Shown here: positions 1-9,546 of the stretch, one piece after another
How positions within the stretch are numbered: position 1 is the stretch's first letter
Layout: each line of letters opens with the position of its first letter
Virus record (IMG/VR): IMGVR_UViG_2630968905_000003
Location: 1-64,000 of that record
Strand: one strand, 5' to 3'
DNA length: 64,000 nt
Source: a virus
Lineage: Duplodnaviria > Caudoviricetes
The notes under the pieces: model-generated
Told to the model about the DNA's origin: nothing
The model's database searches: none
Seen by the model: the letters and a program-made list of their open reading frames with translations, nothing else
Program-made: the position numbers and the translations under genes

Positions 1-252
1 CTATTTGTGAAGCCATCCCCAAATCTTGAGACTGTTTTCATATAGCGACGCGATGCCAGCTATCATTGCCAAAATTGTAATCGCGAGCCATTTCATGACA
101 TGCCCCATGGTGCGGACCGTGGCATAAAACTTCATTGCGTCTTCAAGATTGTCGATGTCGTCTTGATCGAGCCTGGAAAGAAATTCCTTTGTACGCTCTG
201 GTAAATCGTTCATTCTGTTGACGGTTTGTGCGTGAGGGTCTGTCGTTGTCAC
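1..252 (-). CDS. Small membrane protein at end of lysis cassette
   Basis: One C-terminal TM segment; GTG start overlaps the o-spanin stop; TAG at 1-3; start uncertain. Confidence 0.7.
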   Translation of the reverse strand: MTTTDPHAQTVNRMNDLPERTKEFLSRLDQDDIDNLEDAMKFYATVRTMGHVMKWLAITILAMIAGIASLYENSLKIWGWLHK

Positions 253-455
253 TTCCAGCACCCCGCCGACTTGCCAAAAGCGTTGTGGCCGGCTATCGCC
301 CGGCCCGCTGGAACGTCCTGAGCGGCGAGATATGCAGCGGTGGCCGGTTTAACGGGGATCACCTTCCACCCCGCGCAGTTCGATATCGTTGCACTGCACC
401 CCGCCACCAAGCTCAATGCAAAGGCGATAGCTATCCAGGCCGATAATATTCTCAT
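249..455 (-). CDS. o-spanin (Rz1-like lipoprotein)
   Basis: Signal peptide with lipobox LVAG-C, overlapping the i-spanin 3' end in another frame. Confidence 0.75.
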   Translation of the reverse strand: MRILSAWIAIAFALSLVAGCSATISNCAGWKVIPVKPATAAYLAAQDVPAGRAIAGHNAFGKSAGCWK

Positions 456-615
456 CGATGTCCACCCTCTTTTGAACGGCCTTCGCCGTGGCCTCTGCCG
501 CCGCCACAGCAGCCTGTTGCTTCCCGTCATGTCTGCCGAGTGTATAGAGACCCAGCCCAGCAAGAAGGCCGGCAAGGACAGCAAACACGCGCCCATGCTT
601 AACGAACCAGAGCAT
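349..615 (-). CDS. i-spanin (Rz-like)
   Basis: N-terminal TM, Ala-rich helical periplasmic part, position after holin. Confidence 0.7.
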   Translation of the reverse strand: MLWFVKHGRVFAVLAGLLAGLGLYTLGRHDGKQQAAVAAAEATAKAVQKRVDIDENIIGLDSYRLCIELGGGVQCNDIELRGVEGDPR

Positions 616-829
616 TGCTGTTGTCCTCGACAGTTTGTCGGAGATCACGGTTACGCTTGTTGATCCGGTAACGGTCGAACAGCCACCAGCTGAAAACGAT
701 CGCATTGACGATGATGCCTACGAGGGCATCGGCCCCCGCATCATCCAGCCAGCCGCGCGCGATCAATGCGCCGCCGATGACCTGCAGAATCTGGCGTATG
801 ATCGGAATGAGCAGCGCGATATCCATCAT
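599..829 (-). CDS. Putative holin
   Basis: 76 aa, two hydrophobic segments, basic C-terminus, coupled to endolysin. Confidence 0.7.
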   Translation of the reverse strand: MMDIALLIPIIRQILQVIGGALIARGWLDDAGADALVGIIVNAIVFSWWLFDRYRINKRNRDLRQTVEDNSNALVR

Positions 830-1503
830 TTACCCTTTCCGAAAAGCATGAGGATAAACGTGACGATGTGCGCCAAGAGGCCGTCAGGCGCAGCCGGTGC
901 GGGTTCCACCGGCGCGGGCGCCGTGGCATTTCCGGCAAGCTTGACCCTGTCCAGAATAGCTTCCACCTCGGCGGGGGTGACGAGAGCCTTATTGAGAGCA
1001 TCCCCGCTGTAATAGCTCTGCCCACGCACAAGGCTGCGATGCGCCCCGGCCGTGGCAGAAAGCACCGGCAGGGAGGCCCATTCCTGCGCTAGCCGCTTGC
1101 CAAACTCCGTCCGGCTGATCTTGCCGGTCATGAAGTCTTCATAGCCGCGGCGCTTCAAAAGATGGAATGCAAGCCGGTCCTGAAAGTCCGCACTGAATAT
1201 CTGCGTTCCCTTGAGACCGAGTTCCTTGGCAATATCCTGCAACGTTGCGCGCATGAATTGCGCTGCGCCTGCGGCTGACGAAGCGGTGCCATAGCCCCAA
1301 TTCTTCTTGACCCATGCTTTGCTGGACCAGTTTTTCTGCGCATCGATTAGATCGCCGAGCGTCATCTGGGTGATCGGTTTTGGCAAGTGCTTCTGGCGGT
1401 TTCCGAAAATAACCTGATAGCAATGGGGCGGCGCTTTCCCTGCATCGGTTCGATAAATGAAATCGAGCAGAAGCGCCGCACCAGCTGGCACGGTTTTATC
1501 CAT
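826..1503 (-). CDS. Endolysin (lysozyme-like, GH104/lambda-R-like)
   Basis: YQVIFG, SSAAGAAQF, QDRLA and EWASLP motifs; C-terminal hydrophobic tail. Confidence 0.85.
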   Translation of the reverse strand: MDKTVPAGAALLLDFIYRTDAGKAPPHCYQVIFGNRQKHLPKPITQMTLGDLIDAQKNWSSKAWVKKNWGYGTASSAAGAAQFMRATLQDIAKELGLKGTQIFSADFQDRLAFHLLKRRGYEDFMTGKISRTEFGKRLAQEWASLPVLSATAGAHRSLVRGQSYYSGDALNKALVTPAEVEAILDRVKLAGNATAPAPVEPAPAAPDGLLAHIVTFILMLFGKGK

Positions 1504-1520
1504 GGTCTTTCCTTTCGGCA

Positions 1521-1546
1521 TAAAAAAAAGCCGCTCGAAGGCGGCG
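1521..1546 (-). terminator. Intrinsic terminator between tail and lysis genes
   Basis: GCCGC/GCGGC stem followed by T8 on minus strand. Confidence 0.65.
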
Positions 1547-1572
1547 TCTGGGGGATAGAAGTCAGATAGTGC

Positions 1573-2685
1573 TCAGTCCGCGAGCGGATCGTCGCTCATT
1601 CCGGAGAACTCATTGTCGGCTTTTGCCGGAGATGGCTTCGCCTTCTTTTTTCGGTTGTCTTTGCCGGCACTACCGCCGGGTTGTTTCAGTTCAAGGCTTG
1701 TGGTTGCGCCGCCTGATCTATCCGCCTTGTGGCGAACGGAAACGATGCGATACTGCCCATCAACACCCGCTCGCGCGCCAGTCAGATTGAAGGTTCCTTC
1801 GGCTCGGGCTTCGACGGTAAGGACAAGTTCCACGTTGCCTTCGCCGCCATCACGCTCGGCCTCACGCTTTCGAGCGTCTCCGATCTGTCCGGCCTGATCC
1901 TCATCTGCCGCTGTTGAGCGCACAACATTGGTGGATTCCGGCAAATCGCGGTCTAGATCAAATTCCACATCCTTGCTTTTGAAAGCTGCATCCTTGCGGT
2001 CGAAATACCGGACCTTGGCCTTGGTGAAGCTATGTCGGCCCTTGAACGGGGCTATATCCCACGAAATTATGTTTTGGCCGACCGTGCCGGTGATAACCGG
2101 CAATGTAGCGCCTGTGGCCGCTTTGCCTTCACCACGGCGCGCCAAGACCGATTGGTCGCCCCTGATCTTAAACGTGCCGCCGAGTTCTCGCGCGATGCGC
2201 TCCCCAATGTGGATATAGCTTTCACCGTCTGCCGCCCAATAAGCCCGATGGATTTTCGCGAATTCCGGGTCCAGCTTGACACTTGCGAGCCCAGCCCGCT
2301 TGGCAGCATCGTCGAGAAATTGCTGCAAAGTCGCATCATCCTTGTGGAAGGTGAGAGGCTGCTTGACCTTGCCACGACTATCAAATCCCTTGGCAGTGAC
2401 CCGCAGTGTGCGCCCTCCGCCACGTGAACCCGATGAGCGGACGCTGTCGAGTGTGCCCTTAAAAATGGAAACGCCCTGCAGGAATATTTCGATCAATGCG
2501 CCATCACGCGGCAATTCGATCTGTCCGCCGTTGTCATCGAAGGTCAGAGAACACGTATCTGAAGATGTGCCTTCCTTGTCCGTCACCTCAATGTCGATAA
2601 GGTAGGGGCGCATGCCTGACGTCATGTCCACGCCGTCAACGAGCACTTTCCATATGACTTTCCAATAATCGTTCATGGTGCTCAT
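1573..2685 (-). CDS. Late control protein D (P2 gpD-like baseplate hub)
   Basis: 370 aa; SDTCSLTFDD and GQYRIVSVRH motifs; follows gpU/gpX. Confidence 0.85.
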   Translation of the reverse strand: MSTMNDYWKVIWKVLVDGVDMTSGMRPYLIDIEVTDKEGTSSDTCSLTFDDNGGQIELPRDGALIEIFLQGVSIFKGTLDSVRSSGSRGGGRTLRVTAKGFDSRGKVKQPLTFHKDDATLQQFLDDAAKRAGLASVKLDPEFAKIHRAYWAADGESYIHIGERIARELGGTFKIRGDQSVLARRGEGKAATGATLPVITGTVGQNIISWDIAPFKGRHSFTKAKVRYFDRKDAAFKSKDVEFDLDRDLPESTNVVRSTAADEDQAGQIGDARKREAERDGGEGNVELVLTVEARAEGTFNLTGARAGVDGQYRIVSVRHKADRSGGATTSLELKQPGGSAGKDNRKKKAKPSPAKADNEFSGMSDDPLAD

Positions 2686-2903
2686 CCGAATAGTGAAACG
2701 ACGTCGCGGGATTGGCCCAAGTCCGCCGGGGGTAGATCAGGCAGAATGATTTTTGTTCCTATCGGAATTACGGTACCTAACCGGGCCAAATCGACATTCA
2801 GGGAGAGCGCACTTTCCAACAGGCTGCGCCCCCGCACGCCATAGGCGCGCCACAAGAGGAGATCGAGGGTGATGCCCTCGCCCTTGACGGTGACTGTTTG
2901 CAT
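2682..2903 (-). CDS. Tail protein X (P2 gpX-like)
   Basis: TLDLLLWRAYG...LNVDLA...IPIGTKIILPD pattern. Confidence 0.85.
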   Translation of the reverse strand: MQTVTVKGEGITLDLLLWRAYGVRGRSLLESALSLNVDLARLGTVIPIGTKIILPDLPPADLGQSRDVVSLFG

Positions 2904-2914
2904 TTGGTTGTCCT

Positions 2915-3352
2915 TTAGAAAATGCCGAACAGCGACAGTAGCCCGGAAATTATCTGCTGACCCGATCCCGCGTCTGGCTGCACACGGGTCATGACGATAG
3001 TGTGCTTGACGACAAATCCCACTCCGCCACGGGTGAGGTCCGAATGGGATTCGGTTACGCGGGTTATCGCAAACCATCCAAGACGCACACCGTCGCCCCG
3101 TTGCAACGGGAACCGAACACCATTGCGCCGCATCTCATGTGCGATTTCCAGTTCATCCAGTCCGCCGATTTTTGTGGGCAGGATTTGGCCGGAGAGGGTG
3201 ATTTCATCGTCACCTTCCCCGGTAAACTCCTTGCCCGGCAAAGTGCCGATGAGGGCTTTTGATGCGATATCGGCTGAGGAGGTGCGCTGCATTTCATCGA
3301 CACTGAAAGGTCGCGTATCGATAGTGAGAGTACCAAGCATATAGAGCATCAT
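2915..3352 (-). CDS. Tail protein U (P2 gpU-like)
   Basis: EFTGEGDDEITLSG and G..LGWFAI motifs; directly after tape measure gene. Confidence 0.85.
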   Translation of the reverse strand: MMLYMLGTLTIDTRPFSVDEMQRTSSADIASKALIGTLPGKEFTGEGDDEITLSGQILPTKIGGLDELEIAHEMRRNGVRFPLQRGDGVRLGWFAITRVTESHSDLTRGGVGFVVKHTIVMTRVQPDAGSGQQIISGLLSLFGIF

Positions 3353-5643
3353 GACACCGCATATTCGAGGTCAGCATGCGCCCCGTCAAAGGCCGAGCGG
3401 ACGGATTGCGAAACCTTGGCAGCAGCCAGGTTCGCAATTTCCTCCGGCGTTGCAGGCGACTGCGCATGAATTGTAAGATTTAAATTTACTTGCGGGGCAG
3501 GGGGCGGGTTCATGACTTGGACCTGCTGGACGCCGGAAGGCTGGGCTATGACGGTGGGCGTGCCAAGCAGGGACACTTGCTCCGGCTTCCCTTCGGATGA
3601 TCCGGACGGGCTGTATTTCTTCCAGCCGATCCCCATAGTCTCTTTGAATGTCGGCTTCGAACCGAACGGATTGTCAAAGAAGGAGGGGCCGTCGAATAGT
3701 CTAGGGAGATTGTTTCTGAAAGCTTCGGCCCGAATTCGCTCACCGGGCGTGTACAGTTTCCTGTTGAGGTTATCCAACTCGCCGGTGATTATCTTCTTGC
3801 CGAGGATTTCAACGACCGCATTCGCTAATCCGCCCTTCAAAGCTCCTTTCCAGAGATTGGAGAAACTGAATGGAGCGGCTGGCGCGGTGCGTGGCCCGAG
3901 ACCGCTTACTCCCGTCGGCCCAACCTTGGTTCCCTCTGAGAATGCCGATGCCTTTGGGTTCTTGCCCCATGGTCCGGTTTCGCCAGGTTTGAAACCGGCG
4001 CCGGGCTTTCCGGGCTTTGGGGTATTCTGTGTCCCGGAAGAAGCGCCGGGGGATAACGGGGGGCGGTTCGGCGTCAGCTTACGTCCCAGATTGACGACGG
4101 AACGAAGGATACCGACTGCGGCGCGCGCACCCGACAGAAAATAGAGAGCGGAAGCCAGTTTGCGGATCGTGCCGGCCAGCATGCCAAACCCCACGCTGGC
4201 GAGCATCAGATAGCCGCCATACTTGACGATCTCGCCGAAAAACTGCGCCAGTGGGTTGCCCTTAATGGCGTCGTTGAATTCGCGAACAGAAGCGCCGAAC
4301 TCCCTGAAACGAGCAAATATCCGGCCCAACTTGTCTGCGGCTTCCTCGCCATTGGCGGGGCCAAGCAACAGGTCGCCCAGATCATTGATCATCTGGCGCA
4401 GATTGCCGTCATAGCCTAAACCCGCGCTAAAGCCCTTGATGGCTTGCCACAACTGGTCGATTGGGGTGGCCCGGTCCCCAAGCGATTTCAATAGGTCAAG
4501 TATGCCCGCCGCACCCTCATTGATGGCTGGCAGCATTCTATCGCCCATCTCAATGCCGATGGCCGCGAGATTGTTGCGCAGAAGCTGCAGAGCATTTGCA
4601 GTTGTCTTGGCACGTGCTTCATATTCCTTGAAGGAAGAGCCCGCATAGTTCGTCTTATCGGCGACCAGACCAAGTAGGCGCTCTACCTCTTCGGTGCTTT
4701 TGAGAAGAGGAGCGAGGGCGCGGGCTTCGGAGCCAAACACGGCTTCCATGATCGAAATCTGTTGCCATTCGGGCAACTTCTTGATGCGGTTAAGGACACT
4801 GAGGGTGGTTTTCACCGCATCCTTCTGCATCCCCTTGGCGACTTTAATGCCATCGAGGCCGAGACGCTGGAACGCAAGGCGCTGCCGCTTTGTGGCGTTC
4901 TCCCCTGTTGTCAGAGCCTTGGTCAGATTGCGGAAGCTAGTGGCGGCGACTTCCGGTTCGAACCCGGAGCCGATCATGGCGCCGCCGAAGGCTAATGCCT
5001 GCTCGGCAGAGAAGCCTGCTGTTTCGGCAAAGGCGGCAACACGGTTCGTATATTCAAGTAGGTCAGGCGAATTTGCTGCCGACACGTTGCCGATTTCATT
5101 GATGGCGTCTGCCAACAGCACTGTGTCCTTAACATCGCGGCGAAGCGCAGTCTTTATCTTGGCGAGCGCCTCGCCAGTCTGATCGACGGGCGTTTCCCAC
5201 GCTGTGGCAACCTTTGCAGTCGCTTCAGCAAAGGACTCCAGTTCTTCATTCGCGATGCCGGATTGGCCGGCTGCGGCGTAGATCGCCGCGAAACCGGATG
5301 CTGTGATGGGAATGGCCGTGGACAGGCGGAGGATCGATTTCCGCATGTTTAAAAACTGGCTGTCGGTCGCTTCGACCACCTTTTTCACGTCTGCAAAGGC
5401 AGATTCGAACTCAATGGCAGCGCCAGCGGTTCCTCGAATTCCGCGATCGAGACTGAGATAGGTGGCCCCGATAGCCGCAATCCTGCCGAGCGTTCCAGTG
5501 ACAGGAGCGGCAAGCTGGCGTTGGGAAGCGGCGAAATTGTCCGCAGCCCCCCGCAAACGGTTCATAGTGCCAAACAGCCCGCGAGCAGGCCCCGTCACCT
5601 TGTCGAACAAGCTGACGATGAGTTTGCTTTCAATGACGGACAT
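3349..5643 (-). CDS. Tail tape measure protein (TP901-type core)
   Basis: Long Ala-rich helical protein, AIEFESAFADVKKV motif. Confidence 0.9.
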   Translation of the reverse strand: MSVIESKLIVSLFDKVTGPARGLFGTMNRLRGAADNFAASQRQLAAPVTGTLGRIAAIGATYLSLDRGIRGTAGAAIEFESAFADVKKVVEATDSQFLNMRKSILRLSTAIPITASGFAAIYAAAGQSGIANEELESFAEATAKVATAWETPVDQTGEALAKIKTALRRDVKDTVLLADAINEIGNVSAANSPDLLEYTNRVAAFAETAGFSAEQALAFGGAMIGSGFEPEVAATSFRNLTKALTTGENATKRQRLAFQRLGLDGIKVAKGMQKDAVKTTLSVLNRIKKLPEWQQISIMEAVFGSEARALAPLLKSTEEVERLLGLVADKTNYAGSSFKEYEARAKTTANALQLLRNNLAAIGIEMGDRMLPAINEGAAGILDLLKSLGDRATPIDQLWQAIKGFSAGLGYDGNLRQMINDLGDLLLGPANGEEAADKLGRIFARFREFGASVREFNDAIKGNPLAQFFGEIVKYGGYLMLASVGFGMLAGTIRKLASALYFLSGARAAVGILRSVVNLGRKLTPNRPPLSPGASSGTQNTPKPGKPGAGFKPGETGPWGKNPKASAFSEGTKVGPTGVSGLGPRTAPAAPFSFSNLWKGALKGGLANAVVEILGKKIITGELDNLNRKLYTPGERIRAEAFRNNLPRLFDGPSFFDNPFGSKPTFKETMGIGWKKYSPSGSSEGKPEQVSLLGTPTVIAQPSGVQQVQVMNPPPAPQVNLNLTIHAQSPATPEEIANLAAAKVSQSVRSAFDGAHADLEYAVS

Positions 5644-5800
5644 TTCCAATAGCCTTCATGACCCGAAGAGCCGCGTCCCGCTCACGGATTGCGTAAGAGC
5701 AGGGGTAGCGGTCGACGATATTGCGGGGGGTGGAAGTGAGGTGTGAAATAAGGATGGCAAGGTCCCGCCAGCCGGACCCGCGTCCTATTTCACGTTTCCC
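5630..5800 (-). CDS. -1 frameshift extension of tail assembly chaperone (gpE'/GT-like)
   Basis: Open -1 frame after GGGAAAC (5794-5800): KREIGRGSGWRDLAILISHLTSTPRNIVDRY...VRH*, overlapping tape measure start. Confidence 0.75.
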   Translation of the reverse strand, partial: GKREIGRGSGWRDLAILISHLTSTPRNIVDRYPCSYAIRERDAALRVMKAIGNVRH

Positions 5801-6051
5801 AAGATACTTTCAGTCTTGGCGACGATCTGGGCGATATCGCGCCCCTTGATCTTACGGAACACTTGAAACGGCAATCCACACATCATGGCCAACATACGCA
5901 TAGTGCGCTCGACCTCTCTCTGCGAGGTCTCCTCGACATCGATCATCTGGCCGACATCAGGTTCGGTGAAGGCAAGGTCGGTTATCTTGCCGCCGTTCTC
6001 ATCATCAATAGGAACAAGCAGCTTATGCGGAATGGTCAGTTCATTTTCCAT
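5785..6051 (-). CDS. Tail assembly chaperone (gpE-like)
   Basis: Between tube and tape measure genes; ends with slippery G GGA AAC. Confidence 0.85.
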   Translation of the reverse strand: MENELTIPHKLLVPIDDENGGKITDLAFTEPDVGQMIDVEETSQREVERTMRMLAMMCGLPFQVFRKIKGRDIAQIVAKTESILGNVK

Positions 6052-6076
6052 TGAAACACCAAAAGATGAGGGTGAG

Positions 6077-6589
6077 TTATGCGCCAAGTGCGCGGCGGAC
6101 ATCGGAGAAGCGATCGACACCGCCGGTGCGCAAGATGCGTTCCCAGAAATCGACGTAGAAAAGCTCTTCACCGTTGAGGGTGAATTCGTAGTGGGTCACT
6201 TCCTTGAACACATGGTTGCAGCCCATGAAGTCTTCGGGCGAACCTTCATCAGGAGTCCATTCGGTGATGGCACCCTCAATGATGGCGCGGGACGGGACGA
6301 GCTTGCCCGTTTTCTTGTCCTTCACGGCACCTGCGAAAATCCACCGGCTCACTTCGCCAAGATCGCGGAAGATATCCGTATCGAACCCCTTGACCTCCAT
6401 AGCCGGTTCCGGCGCTTCAATGCGCGGCTGGGAGAAGTCGACGCTCATAACACCGCCGCCCGGATTGTGGGTCGACGTAATGAACTTCAATGACGGGATG
6501 GTGAGCTTGGAGACAAGATTGGCGCGTGAGGAACCGGCTTCTTCGGCGCGGCGAACATCGACCGCCACCATCTGGTAAAGCGTTTGCAT
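6077..6589 (-). CDS. Major tail tube protein (FII-like)
   Basis: 170 aa after sheath; HYEFTLNGEELFYVD...GVDR motif. Confidence 0.88.
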   Translation of the reverse strand: MQTLYQMVAVDVRRAEEAGSSRANLVSKLTIPSLKFITSTHNPGGGVMSVDFSQPRIEAPEPAMEVKGFDTDIFRDLGEVSRWIFAGAVKDKKTGKLVPSRAIIEGAITEWTPDEGSPEDFMGCNHVFKEVTHYEFTLNGEELFYVDFWERILRTGGVDRFSDVRRALGA

Positions 6590-6624
6590 GAGATTCCCTT
6601 TCGGAATTCGAGACTGGATGAAGG

Positions 6625-7848
6625 TCAGGCGAGCGAATTGAGGCGGGCGACGATTTCGGCGACGAGACCTTCGACCGCTGGCCGGTAGCGGCTGACCTCA
6701 TGGTTAGCGACCTTGAAGGATGGCGCCGGCTCGATCCCGATGTTGACGGTGAGATGACCGAGGCGAATTTTCTCCGGGCTGTTCTTTTCAGCAACGAATT
6801 TGACTTCGTAGCCGAGAATATCGTCGTCGATCTTGTGATCGCGCAGCATGAATTTCAGCGAATTCAGCCATGCTTCCGCAGCGTCTGCCGTGATTTTCGG
6901 GCCGAGAAACTGCCGGGTGATCTGCGCCATCTTGACGGTCAGATAGTCGGCACCGCGAACCTGATGGATTTGCTTCCAGAGTTCGCCCGTATCGGTGTTG
7001 TCGGTGCCGATGAAGACGAAACCGCCGTCGGCAATCGCACCATCCACGCCGGTTTCGCCACGCGCCACGATGGAGACATTGCTTTCGAGCAGCATCTGCC
7101 CTTCCGAGGAGCCGTCGAACAGAGAAAATGGGATGTTGCGGGAAAGCCCGGCCAGACCCTGAATAGGCTGGTTTGCAATCGGGTCGAATGGCCGACCCCT
7201 GTGGGCATTGTCGACAGCTGCGAAAAGACCGGCAACGCGCGGCCCCATCGGGCGGGTTACCAGTTCAGTGCCTTCAAACACACGGGCGGCAACGCCGATT
7301 GGCATAAGGCGCTGGGAATTCATCGTCTCGCGCGCCGAGATCGCCGCTTCCTTGCTGGTGTCGTCAACATCAACAGGTGCAATAGCCAGCAGCCGTTCAC
7401 AAGCTGCGGGCAAGGCGGCAACGACTGGGTTCACCGTGCTATCGTCCGGACGCCAAGCGGTGCGGCCAGCCCAGACAATGCGCGGGGTTGCGTTCACCGC
7501 CGATGGAATATGTCCGACATTTGCGAGAGCTTCGGCAATCGCTGCGGCCGTCACCGACGGAGTGGCGCCCTCAGTCACGCGGACCACCGTTACGTCGGCA
7601 CCTGAGTTCAAGCGTGCAACTTGCGCATTGATGGCCTTGACCGCGTCGGCAAGATAACCCGTGCCGAGATCCGCAACTGCAGCGGGATCGCTTGTCGAGA
7701 TGCGAACCGGGTCGCCGATAGGATACGATGATGCCGAAGCACCTTCGGATGTTTCGATGAGTAGAATTTTCGAGAAGTCCGCGCCGATTACCGGCAACGG
7801 CTCATCATTTGGACGCGTGAAAGTCATGCCGAAAGTCGGTGCCGACAT
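6625..7848 (-). CDS. Tail sheath protein (FI-like)
   Basis: ~407 aa; NSPEKIRLGHL-type C-terminus; GGAG SD upstream. Confidence 0.9.
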   Translation of the reverse strand: MSAPTFGMTFTRPNDEPLPVIGADFSKILLIETSEGASASSYPIGDPVRISTSDPAAVADLGTGYLADAVKAINAQVARLNSGADVTVVRVTEGATPSVTAAAIAEALANVGHIPSAVNATPRIVWAGRTAWRPDDSTVNPVVAALPAACERLLAIAPVDVDDTSKEAAISARETMNSQRLMPIGVAARVFEGTELVTRPMGPRVAGLFAAVDNAHRGRPFDPIANQPIQGLAGLSRNIPFSLFDGSSEGQMLLESNVSIVARGETGVDGAIADGGFVFIGTDNTDTGELWKQIHQVRGADYLTVKMAQITRQFLGPKITADAAEAWLNSLKFMLRDHKIDDDILGYEVKFVAEKNSPEKIRLGHLTVNIGIEPAPSFKVANHEVSRYRPAVEGLVAEIVARLNSLA

Positions 7849-7900
7849 CGGTTGTCTCCTGTCTTTGTCGCCCGCTCTTCGGGCAGACTGTTGGAAAAGA

Positions 7901-7994
7901 AAAAGCCCGGCGCGACGGCCGGGCTTTTGGGGCATAAAAAACCGCCTCAAGGGCGGTTCTCGAAAACAGAAGCCGCCCGAAGGCGGCTGTTTTT
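7901..7994 (-). terminator. Three stacked intrinsic terminator hairpins
   Basis: Stems at 7901-7928, 7936-7958 and 7963-7994, each followed by a T-run on the minus strand. Confidence 0.75.
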
Positions 7995-8819
7995 CTACGT
8001 GCGGATCAACCCAAGAGCGTATCCCGTCAAAACAAGAGCGGAGGCCAGAACCCCACGCCCTTCCAGACGCAATCTCTCGCGAACATAGACTAGATTACGA
8101 CGCTTCTTTTTTCCTTTTGCTGTCCAGACTGTCGCGCCGGGCTTGAAAGTCCAGTCGAGCCAACCTGTTTCGGCTATGTCAAAAATCCGTACATCGTCAT
8201 TAGCCAAGAATGTGTGATAGAGCGCATGCTGATCGATGTAATACTGCCGTAAATGGTTATCCAAGTAACTCACTACGTCGTCGAAGAAACCAACACCCTT
8301 CGGGTCGGCATAGACCATAGCGCCGAGAACCTGCATTCCTTCGCGCTCAAAAGCAGTTCTCCCGTTCCGATTGCCAAGGCGCAGGTACAACCCGACTTCC
8401 CCGTCAATGCGGGCCGGGATCGGTTTCATTATTAGGCTGTCGATATCGAGAACGACGATTGGACGTCTACACGCCCGAAGCAACGCAGGGAGATAGAAAA
8501 ACCTTAGCGACTGATAGAACACAACCGCCTCGCGATCGTCGATATCTGCCATGGCGCGAGGGTCGGCGACAACTTCGACGCGCATTCGCTTTAGTTCTGG
8601 CGCGGTAAAGCCCTTTAGGAAGGGGACTACAAGCTCCGCTTCCAATTCTCGGGCACGTTGTGGAAGACTCGGACCGGGTTTCGGCGAAATAACAATATGG
8701 ACGTCGTGTCCAGCAGCTAAGGCCGATTTGGCAAACCCGACAGCATGTTTACGAAAGTAGCGTTCGTCTGACGCCGCCATAACCATAGGCGACGCCGGTG
8801 CGAAGTTTGACCCGTCCAT
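7995..8819 (-). CDS. Putative glycosyltransferase-like (GT-A fold) moron protein
   Basis: IVVLDIDSL (DxD), DQHAL motif, C-terminal hydrophobic anchor; alternative GTG start at 8864. Confidence 0.6.
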   Translation of the reverse strand: MDGSNFAPASPMVMAASDERYFRKHAVGFAKSALAAGHDVHIVISPKPGPSLPQRARELEAELVVPFLKGFTAPELKRMRVEVVADPRAMADIDDREAVVFYQSLRFFYLPALLRACRRPIVVLDIDSLIMKPIPARIDGEVGLYLRLGNRNGRTAFEREGMQVLGAMVYADPKGVGFFDDVVSYLDNHLRQYYIDQHALYHTFLANDDVRIFDIAETGWLDWTFKPGATVWTAKGKKKRRNLVYVRERLRLEGRGVLASALVLTGYALGLIRT

Positions 8820-8892
8820 GAAAGCCCCCAATAAGCAAAGCTTAAATAACTGCGGCCACTTCACATTTCAATCGAAAATAGAACGCATTCGA

Positions 8893-9546
8893 CTAAAGCT
8901 TAGAAGCTTCCAGCCAAAAACTATCCCGCTGTTCTTCGGTCCACTGCATTGCCAGGCGGACTGTTTCAGTGAGGGCATGCAAACGGTTGAAGGTATCCGC
9001 GCCTATAACAAGCATTTCGGCGGTAAACCGGTCTTGTTCGGTTGGCAACGCGTCTATGATCGCTTGCAACGCCTGTGGGACCGTCCCCGATTTCATGGCC
9101 GCGAGGGCTTCTGCGTTTGTTATAATTCCAGCGACTGCTAGTTGCTGGAAAAATTGGCGACGGCTTATTTCCTCCGGCACTATATCGGAAGCGTTTGGTA
9201 TAATTTCGGTGCCTGTCCAATTTGCGCCATAGACTGTTCCGCCGGGGCCAAACGTGAAACCGAAGTCGGTATCAATACCCACAAGCGTATAACCGGCAAT
9301 CTGCGATTCCTGGAAATCGTCAGTCATCGAAACGACACGGCTATTATCATCGACAGCGATGTAATAAGGATGGGGAAACAATTTGACCAAGTCAAACCAG
9401 TCTACGCCATCTTTGTTGCGAAATATCCGGACGGGGTATTCTTGTTCGGGGCCGAAGATTGGTTCGCCATCGTCATCCACGCCGATTTGAACAGGTGGAA
9501 TTCTAACCCGTTCTGGCGTTTCTATCATCTTGCCGAAGATTTTCAT
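8893..9546 (-). CDS. Tail fibre assembly/chaperone protein
   Basis: NKDGVDWF and ISRRQF..QL motifs; coupled to tail fibre. Confidence 0.7.
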   Translation of the reverse strand: MKIFGKMIETPERVRIPPVQIGVDDDGEPIFGPEQEYPVRIFRNKDGVDWFDLVKLFPHPYYIAVDDNSRVVSMTDDFQESQIAGYTLVGIDTDFGFTFGPGGTVYGANWTGTEIIPNASDIVPEEISRRQFFQQLAVAGIITNAEALAAMKSGTVPQALQAIIDALPTEQDRFTAEMLVIGADTFNRLHALTETVRLAMQWTEEQRDSFWLEASKL

